DNA of 64,000 nucleotides, from positions 4,363,950 to 4,427,949 of the forward strand of contig NC_134026.1 in NCBI RefSeq assembly GCF_964204645.1, written 5' to 3'. Source of the stretch: Tubulanus polymorphus (taxonomy: Eukaryota > Animalia > Nemertea). This document shows, one piece after another, positions 1-9,590 of this stretch. Under the pieces are notes generated by a model, which saw only the letters and a list, made by a program, of their open reading frames with translations, was not told the origin of the DNA and ran no database searches. The first letter of the stretch is position 1, and every line of letters starts with the position of its first letter. The position numbers and the translations under genes are program-made.

Positions 1-397
1 ATTGGACGAGTTATGACGTGGTATTGTTCTCTCCGCTATTGCCTGAAGGCCATTTCACGCCGATATCATATAAAACATCTTTACCTTAGACGAGGGAAGG
101 AGGAAGGGAATGATGGAGAGAAGGAGATTTCTGCTCTTATATCTAAGTTATAATCAATAGTCTTTATCATTCCGAGTATACGGTCTTGATGATAATGGAA
201 ATGAGTAGTAAGCATTAAGTAGGCATAAAAGACTTCATATAAAACTAGTCGATAGTCTGCTTATATAGAACTTAATGACACGTAAATCGTCGTTTTATGT
301 CCTATCATTGAAAGTTTATTTCCTGGTTGTTATTTTACAGCTTTGATACGAATGACAAATCTAGATCGAAATGAGTCACCTTTTCTGTCACCTAGAG

Positions 398-525
398 CTG
401 GTTCCATAGTCCAGACTTTAGCAAAAGTGGTTTTAATTCTTCGGACTGGTATTAAATTGTTAAATTGGCTATCCAGATGATCTTAGACTGGTCTCAAGTC
501 TAAGCCGTGACTATAAAACCGGTCC
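398..525. mobile_element. Degenerate MITE-like element with imperfect terminal inverted repeats
   Basis: ctggttccatagtc near 398 and gactataaaaccgg near 525 are imperfect inverted repeats that resemble the ends of the element at 54711-54819; no coding capacity. Confidence 0.35.
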
Positions 526-2603
526 TAAACTACGTTTTGCGCTATTATTTAGGTTTCTCATATAGGTTTTTCTCAAGACTTTTTGATTGATTTTGTCAAA
601 TGATCCAATAACAGGTTTAAATGAAACTTGGACGTATCGATATATCTGATCGGTGTATAGAGTCAGGATGAATTCTAGTATTTTTTGTATGATCTTCCTT
701 TCTTATCCATTCATCCGTTTTTCTTATCGAATGAAAATGAAAATGAAATTTCCACTTGATTGTCGCTGTGCCTGTATATCGGGTGTAGATGATGAAAAAT
801 AGCGTGGTGTCGTAAAGTTCTTTGATAGAAGTCGTAAATAAAGGTATGCGAGGAGACTAGAGCCGTAGATAATGGTATCATCAATAGTGACTTTATCAGA
901 TAATCGCCCATCAGAACTAATATGAATAATCATTACATTAATTGTCGTGATTAATTGTAAGAACAGTCTCTCTTACCCTCGTGTAGCACTACGTGTGCTT
1001 GAGATAAATGTTTGGTAAGCAGGATAAATGATCGAAACAATAAATTATCTATACCAGCGAAATACGACTAACTAATTACTATAATCGAACTCCATGGACC
1101 AGGAAAATGATATCCAAAATCATGGTATATTCTTCTGTTTCAAATGAGACGGAAAGGTTAGAACAAACAATAGGCCTATTGAATGACCGGTTTTTAGACG
1201 TAACTTGAAAGTTAGGGCCATCGAACGAAGTTGGGGCCATACATACATCTGCCAAAAATATTTTCACGAGCGGTATCCAGCCACCCAGCGATTTCTCTCT
1301 ACTTTAGGATCCTATATTGAAATGCTTATTTATTTTGGTACACAATGAAATAAAAGGTTTGATACGTCTTCCAAAATAGAAATGTTTTGCAACCGCAGAG
1401 ATAATTATAGAAAAATACATACCAATAAGAAAAACTCAAGAACATCGTCCATTATCATCAATCCGTCGTTATAACCCCTGAATTTGACCAGTCGTTGCTT
1501 CGGCATAAGATTTCTAAAAGCTGGGCAGATTTAACGCGATAGCTGTGACAAAACCCGTTTTAACGATTGAGAACATTTGACTTGAGCTGCGCTCGCAGCG
1601 AATCCTTTCAATAATCTGCTGAAACATTAAACTACTGCCGCGGAGTTCTCAGTTTTTATCCTTAAGAATGACGCATGAATAAAATAGCGCACAACGAATC
1701 ACGCAAGGCCAATGCAGTCTCCCATACCGAGTACCATTGTCATTCAAGTTAGAATTTAATTAAAAAATAATTCGATTTCTTATCTTGGGATTGAAATTTT
1801 GGTTCGTCGGTGATAAAACGGACGAGTGTACCCATATAAGTGGGCTTAGATTTATAACACTGTTTCTGGTTTGAGGTAAGGCTCGAAGATGCCAGGCATC
1901 CATTATCCACTACTATACCTGATCGTGCGATATTATCATAGAAAATGACATTTTAATGTTTTTTTCTGTTGAATTATCATCGCGATTGGCAACGCTAGCT
2001 GCGCTGTATTCTAACGTAATCGTGGGTGAAATTACAATGCAACTGCGAGTCATCAAAAAATCATCAGTCAAAATACATTTTAATTCTGTGCACCATGAGT
2101 GATGAGTACGCACTGCGGCAATTCATACGAATTTAAATGGGAACTAAATCAGGCAATAACTACAGGTTCAAAGAAACTGTTCACTTTATTGATATGATTC
2201 ATTAAAATGTGATAAGCTAGAATTAGATACAATAGAAATAGAAATACTAGTGAAGGCGATAGTAATATGGTTGAGACAAGTCACAATGAGTATGATCGTT
2301 TTGCGGTTATATACTATTAGACCTTGAAGCCCACCAAACTGTTTATTAGGTGTGCTTTTTTATTTGAACCAGAAATGGAATTTCCGATTGAAATATTGTA
2401 GAATGCCAGTAGTGCATGTCGATGAGCTCGTGTGGATCACGAGTGGATTCTAGAGTAGAAATATTGTATTTGATTGGAATGCATTGAAGAAAAATTAAAA
2501 ACCACATTTAACGCATTAAAATGGTATTGGTTCGATGAACTCAGATTTGTATTTTTCTGTTGCTCCCCATCCACCATTATACCGCTGAGCTGGAACACTG
2601 ACC

Positions 2604-2645
<42 letters not shown>

Positions 2646-2766
2646 CAGTCCAAATTCTGTAAAATTTCTTCCCAGCGATTTCTGATAAATAGAAACGAGT
2701 AGCAAGGACGTAGCATTGTTGGCTTTAAGCCTAACTCAAAATTTAGCGGTCAGCTGTCGACCTGGG

Positions 2767-2790
2767 CGCTCTTATTGGACAATAAGAGCG
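2767..2790. repeat. Perfect 11-bp inverted repeat (cgctcttattg-ga-caataagagcg), also at 11957-11980 and 21312-21335
   Basis: Read directly from the sequence; lies about 0.8 kb upstream of each ATG. Confidence 0.8.
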
Positions 2791-3273
2791 TTCCTTACCC
2801 TTTTGTTTTACCCTTAACGTTGAATTGCTACATTACGACATAACACGTGCTAAATATCTAACTTTGAGATATGAATATATTTGTGATTTTTCAGTAAAAT
2901 ACGCTTTTCATAATCTGTAAAACATTTCTACAAAACATATATTTGTTTATCCGATAAACAACTTATCTTCGATGGGATTTTTTCTTAGTGTTGCGACTCG
3001 ATTGATACCGACACAACTGGGATTTCGGCAACTGGTGAGAACTGGTGGTTTACGGTTTGCCACCAGTTGCCTTTATATCCGCTCAAAATAATATAACGAA
3101 TACATACATCATATTCGAATGATTATCAATCGGGAAGTTATGCAAATATCCGGCAACGATTTTTATATGAATTTGTTTTCATTTGTTTTCTCAATAAATA
3201 TTAAATTGTGTGCATACTTACAATACAAAGCGTCAGATTTTAGGGGATGGTTTCAGCTCAAACTTCCTCCTAC

Positions 3274-3469
<196 letters not shown>

Positions 3470-3547
3470 CGCATCTGCGCATTGGCGCATTGTAGCTGTT
3501 TAGACGCTGAACTGGTGGGACACGAACTGGGTGCGTCCGATAACAGA

Positions 3548-6500
3548 ATGAAGTCTAGTTCGTTAGGATTTCTGATTTTTTTGACATTCGCCGTTCGAAC
3601 CACTGTAACAAGTAAGCTATGCCAGACCAATATGGAAAGCCAGAAAAAGCATTGAAATAATATTTCGCACTAAGATGATATTGAAGCAAAATTTCAATGC
3701 CTTATAAGAATATTTCTTCGTGCCCACGAGCTATGTTTACAATATTACAATAGGCATTATGGGCTTTCGAAGATTAGTGCATATCTATGAATTGGGATAA
3801 TACTTCAACATATTTCTAAACATGTAATTGGAAAGTTTTATTTGCTAATTCTAAGTATAAATAGATAATCAATACGTTAGTATTTTGTTAACTGACTATT
3901 TTGCTAGATGTTTGCGAAGACAATGCGTTCGGTCCAAACTGTCAAACAGAATGTCACTGCAAAAATGCCTCTAAGTGCGGAGAAAATCTGGCATGCGTAT
4001 GCAAAGACAAATGGAGTGGACCGAGATGTCAAATCAGTAAGAGTAACCTTCTAGAAAAAATCATTAACACGCGACAAGTTTTTACCGAGCTTTAAATTGG
4101 CATTTTCTTATGAAACGTTATCGAATTCTGACATTCGTATCGTTGAATTTTGCAGAGAATGTAGCATTTAAAAAAGAGGTGAATTCATCTCCGATGTATT
4201 CAGTGTACACGCGAGGAATGTTAGTCGATGGAAAAGTCAATGAAAAACATAATATTTTTCACACAATAGACGTCCTCAAAGCTTGGGCTGTAATTGATCT
4301 ACTAGAACCACACGTCGTTTCTAGAGTCATTGTTCATGACAGACCTGATGCTCATTTTACCGATGAGAATGCACCATCACCAGAAGGAGATGAATGGAGT
4401 ATGTTTGAAAATATCTGGATTCTTAAACAAAGCGTTTACTTCAATAATAATTCTGATATTATGTGTTTGCTTTATTTATCAGAAAATAGGTCTCGTGAAT
4501 TAGATATACGAGTTGGTAATACTAGCGCTATCTCTGCGAGCAGTTCACGATGTTTCTACATCAAAGAACCGTTATTTGGAAAATCCACAAATAACGGGAC
4601 CTGTATGAATGGTCCGATTGTAGGGAGATACGTGAGTGTGCAACACAATCTCGAACAACCAGAATACATGAATTTGGCAGAAGTTGAAGTTTTTGGCTAT
4701 CCATTCACTCGTATGTATAATTTTGCTTCACGTTTATCGTGGCATTCCTTGATTATAATATTAAAAGTAGTCGTGAAAATCATACTTTTTAATTCATCTT
4801 TGACTAGCAAATTGTTCTGTAAAGAACACTTACGGCTGCTTAGCGAAATGTAACTGTTTGGGGAATTCTACATGTGATTATTTGACTGGCAGTTGCCAAA
4901 AAGGTTGTGCAAACAGCCACATCGGAAAGAATTGCTTTTCAGGTATGTTATATTTAGAAGTACTCACTGGATAGTTTCATTATCTTTCAATCAATTAACC
5001 AAGATTTGTCAAACAGATTTCAGAGTACCTGGGCTCCCACGTTTGGTGAATAAAACGGAGACCTCGTTGAGCATCGAATGGAATAATTACAACGGACCTA
5101 GAGACGACTCCGGCCGCGGTGAAATAAGAAATCTGAAATATAGAGTGAAAATAAGATCATCTGACGGAATGAAGCCATCAGTCGAACTGAACGCGATAGG
5201 CTACACATTTAAAGGGCTGAATCATTCGACAAAATATAACATTTCAATGTCGATTGTGGCAGATATAGGTGATAGTACCAAAGAAGGGCCAGACGGACCG
5301 GAAGTACCTTTCGTGACAGTCTGCCAACGAAAGTGTGAGTGAAGTAAATGCTAACATTTGAACGAAATAATCTATAATATGCTATTATTTCTGATTATTT
5401 CCATCCAAAGCGGTGCCTTTTCAGCCAAAGGTGAAGGAAAAAAATGCATCGACAATCCTATTGGAATGGAAGGTACATCTATAGATTTCGATTTTTTTTT
5501 ATTTGGAGACATAAACTGTATTGTATTTTATTCCATTGTTTAGGTGGTTAGTTGTTCAATTCTGACTCATCAATTCCAATCTGTTTATAGGACAACGGTT
5601 GCCAATATGAATATCTAGTCAGCTACCGAAAAGAATCCGAAAACACTTGGACAAATGTCTCGATTTCCCACAACGATTCCAAGATGATCTTACCGAAACC
5701 AGTCCCTTATACTTACTACACAATAAAGGTGATAGGAATATTGAATTACAATGATGTATGAAAAATTCAATTAACTTGCCTTGTTTCTGACGTTTTAATA
5801 CAAAATGAAGGCCGATAATTAGAAAATTTCCAATTAAGTACTTCGATTAAGATTTAAAAAAATTCTTTTAATACGATACAAATCATCCAACTCAACTGTA
5901 CGTCGACATCCTTCGACTTCAAAATAATCGGGTTTGTAAGGGACACCAAATCAAATCTTTCAATCAAATACGCAAATAAGAGAAAATAGGCTTAATAGTA
6001 ATACACGAATGGCTGTATATAGTAGTCTAAGTAATTTACCGTTTTGCAGGTGACGTCTGTAGGAAAGAAAGGTCGAGGTCGACCGAGCAATAAAGCTGTT
6101 TTCACCACTGAAGTCGGATGTAGGCATCAAATATCGTCTAACGAAATATCTGTATAGGCCGTCTTCTCTAATTTCTACAGCCATCATTCTATTTATATAC
6201 GTATCATTTCAGTTCCCAGTGAGGTGGTCAATTTCACAAAAAGCGTCGATTCAAACCATCCCATCCGGCTTGAGTGGTCACCGCCAACGCGGCCGAATGG
6301 AAGGATAGAGGGTTACCACGTGAGATGATGAATTCTGAATGATCCGTATACTTGAATCCGGCTATATCAATTTATAAACGTTAATTCATTAACAAATTCA
6401 GCTGACGTGCACATGGTTGAAAACACTATTTTCCGATAGTTCAAACAAAAAGCACCAAAAAGTGACTAAGTCTACGTTGGAAAGGAAGATGATTTTACCA

Positions 6501-7643
6501 GAGCTCGAGCCATCTACATGTTATGAGTGTACAATCAAAGCTAATACTAGCGTTGGTTACGGGCAAGAAATCACTCGACGATTTTGGACGTACCCGCATA
6601 GTGAGTGTCATTAACTTGAGTATAGATGATAATTCTGTTCATCCTATTAATGCAATATCTCAGGTAACGAACATCATTCTTATCATTACCCTTGCAGAAC
6701 CACAACTATTTGGCAAACCTAAAATCCGCTCGGAAGATACAAGTGACATCAGTGTAACGCTAAGTTTGCAAGAAATCGAAATCAGGGCTGGAAACATAAG
6801 GTAAGTAATCCATTGTCGATTCAGACTACTTTTCTGAAAGCCTTATTTCAATATCAGAAATGATTTGTATTTTGTAATTCTATACATGCAGTGAATACCA
6901 GATCGTAGTGCAGCATGTACAAGGTGGCCAGACTGGCATCAATGCGAGTGTCAACAGGAAGGACGTGAAATGTGCCCGCGAAAGTCCCCATTTCTATTTG
7001 GCTGCAAGTTTCATCAATAAGTTACCGGAAACATTCACAGTCGGAGATGGAAGCGAACATGGACCATGTCCCAATAGACAGCTCAAAAAGGGCGAGACCT
7101 ATGTTATTTGTATCCGGGCAATCAACGAGATCGATAGGGTATGGATTTGAAACATACTGATAACTTGCAAAAATGCTAGAATAATTTCCGACATTTCTAG
7201 CCCTATCCAACATGAATTCACCATGAGATTGCACTATTTCAATCTTAAAATATTGTGAAATATTTTTCGTTTAGAACAAAGAAATCAATGCGATCTGTAC
7301 AGATAAAGTTACCGGTAAGCCGAGATCAATTCAGGGAAATAAATGACTTATAATCTGAAGGGTCATGGTAAAAAAAATCAAGATTGTCAAAAATTAAAAG
7401 AGACATTCCAATACATTTCATATTTCGTTCATCATTTCGTGTTTACAAAACTCAAAAAGATTTTCGAGTCTTGTAACCAAAGAAGCCACGCTTATTATTT
7501 CGTAAACGAGTCGATAGCGCGTGTTGGATAACATTTTACATTTCTAGTGAAGAAACATGAATCGTATCTTCTGGTTATCATTGTTGCACTTGGATTTACT
7601 TTGATCATACTTGTTATCATCATCGTTGGCGTTTACAGGTATA

Positions 7644-7678
<35 letters not shown>

Positions 7679-8674
7679 ATATATATATATATAATATCGT
7701 AATACGATTCGATAAAAACTAGTTCGATATTCATCGATGATTTCTTTGAATTCAGGTACATTAAACGTCGTTCCCAGCAAGAAGGTTCGGGTTCTCATGC
7801 AGGTACAATCTTTCTTTATTTGTCACGGTTCTTTTATACGGTACATCATTGTAATAATTTGGCACTTAATGATATTCTCGATATATTATTGATTTTTCAA
7901 CAAATAGAATATATTCCAGAGAGTATCTAAGAAGTGGAGACGATCGGGATTATTTCAGGATCAGAGAGCTCTTTTAGTATAAATCCACGTAATATTCTTA
8001 TATCGAGTGTATTTTTTGATTGTTTAGCTAACAGCACGGCCCATCCCGGGGAAATTTACCTTCAGGTTTGTAAATATAAATACATCTTATTTTTTTGAAT
8101 ATTTAGATTTGTGAATCTTAACTACCTGTAGTTTTTTAATTATCTATAGCCTACACCTGCTGATCATGGTGACAGAATCTATTCTACGCAAGAGGATGTA
8201 TACGAAGACATAGATGACCACGATGACGTAGATATCGTAGATGTCGTCGATGTGGCAGATGTCACGAACGCTACAGTCCCAGAGGAAGACGTTGATATCA
8301 GGAACCCCACAGAAGATGACTACGTTAATACAAATATCAGAAAAGCTACCGAAGATACCTACGTAGTAGCAGATGTCATGAACCCCACGGAAGATGACTA
8401 CGTTAATACAAATATCAGAAAAGCTACCGAAGATACCTACATAGTAGCAGATGTCATGAACCCCACAGAAGATGACTACGTTAATACAAATATCAGAAAA
8501 GCTACCGAAGATACCTACGTAGTAGCAGATGTCATGAACCCCACAGAAGATGACTACGTTAATACAAATATCAGAAAAGCTACCGAAGATACCTACGTAG
8601 TAGCAGATGTCATGAACCCCACAGAAGATGACTACGTTAATATAAATATCACAAAAGCTAACTATAAAAGATAA
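3548..8674 (+). CDS. Receptor copy 1: SP-EGF-F-type lectin-EGF-3xFN3-RPTP-like juxtamembrane domain-TM-Tyr-repeat tail (~927 aa, 18 exons)
   Basis: Hand-built GT-AG exons: 3548-3611, 3908-4036, 4156-4398, 4483-4710, 4808-4942, 5017-5334, 5411-5472, 5591-5728, 6050-6119, 6213-6319, 6402-6600, 6698-6800, 6892-7138, 7275-7314, 7548-7638, 7756-7802, 8028-8065, 8150-8674. They sum to 2784 nt with consistent phases. Motifs: signal [21 protein letters not shown]; EGF-like [17 protein letters not shown]; F-lectin [33 protein letters not shown]; FN3 [16 protein letters not shown]; FTVGDG; [25 protein letters not shown] followed by RYIKRR. Confidence 0.88.
7640..7693. repeat. (TATC)n/(TA)n microsatellite at the start of the intron after the TM exon, copy 1
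   Basis: Seen directly; longer versions at 16847-17034 and 27648-27738. Confidence 0.95.
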
Positions 8675-8710
8675 CTACGTAGTAGCAGATATCAGGAACC
8701 CTACCGAGGT
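8303..8710 (+). repeat. Coding minisatellite, 78-bp unit (two related 39-bp halves) encoding [26 protein letters not shown], copy 1
   Basis: About 4.5 units in frame, plus a degenerate out-of-frame half unit beyond the stop codon. Confidence 0.97.
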
Positions 8711-8738
8711 TACCGCCGCTGCTGATTTTAAATAAATT

Positions 8739-8807
8739 CCTACTCTTCATCCGAGTAGGGTTTTATACAAATAATCTGTATAAAATTCTGCTTGGATGAA
8801 GAGTAGG
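8739..8807 (+). other. 31-bp stem, 7-nt loop hairpin in the predicted 3' UTR of copy 1 (also 18080-18148 and 28756-28824)
   Basis: cctactcttcatccgagtagggttttataca pairs with tgtataaaattctgcttggatgaagagtagg; the 4 non-Watson-Crick positions are all G-U on the + strand. Confidence 0.75.
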
Positions 8808-9464
8808 TCGATGATTTGTTTTAAGATTCAATTTTAAAAGAATTTTATCATTTTTTAGATGATGATAATTGTAAATAAGTATTGACTTGTTAGACTGCTA
8901 TTTGTATGTTTAATGTATTGAGTCCAAACGAGAATTCCAGGATCCACTTTCGCTTTCCCAGGTTGATTTTTGAAAATAAACTTCAAACGTCTAATTCAAT
9001 TCTCAGAATAGACCCACTATGGAACTGGATACATATTTTTATCATGGCAACTACGTGTTTAGAAAGATAGAATTTTTCATTCATATAATGTATAAACAAA
9101 AGGACATATAACAGAATTTAAATATAACAATTAAACAGTCGTTTGTGTTGATGATGTTTGGTATACCTCGCAGTCTAACTCGGTGATGGCCAACTCAAGC
9201 TTTCCTGTAAATAAGAACTCAAAAACTTAACATCTTCGGCTGAAACTATCGTGGGACTTCTTTCGTAATCACTGCGAATTCAAAATTCGAATCAAACTGC
9301 ACGTCTTGGTCCCCTCCACTCCACTCCCCAAGTACGATGACTCGCTAGATTCCGGATACATCCTCGCCTGCCAGGGCTCGGTTGCCTCCTCTGTAGTTCA
9401 CTACAGCAGTCAGTTCTCTAAATAAGAGTTCGTCCATATTTTAGAATATAGGCATCAAGACTAC

Positions 9465-9590
9465 TCAGTGTAAGTAATTACTGGGTTCGAACCCGGGACA
9501 CCTACCCTGTACATCCTTTATTCAGCCCCAGGAGCACTCGGAATCAGTGTCAGAAATTACTGGGTTCGAATATCGGACTCCCAACATTAG
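9465..9590 (+). mobile_element. Two short direct repeats with tRNA B-box-like cores (probable SINE remnants), present in all three units
   Basis: tcagtgt..aattactgggttcgaacccgg and tcagtgt..aattactgggttcgaatatcgg; no full cloverleaf is visible. Confidence 0.4.

Noticed and set aside
4168-4285. Diversity-generating retroelement as the cause of the hypervariable patch
   Set aside because: No reverse transcriptase or template repeat is visible in the window, and the differences are not adenine-specific and include codon indels.
8303-8710. Regular repeats considered as a CRISPR-like array
   Set aside because: No unique spacers; they are contiguous 78-bp units in frame within a eukaryotic exon.
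9478-9500. GGTTCGAACCC considered as a tRNA gene
   Set aside because: Only a B-box/T-arm is present, with no acceptor, D or anticodon stems.
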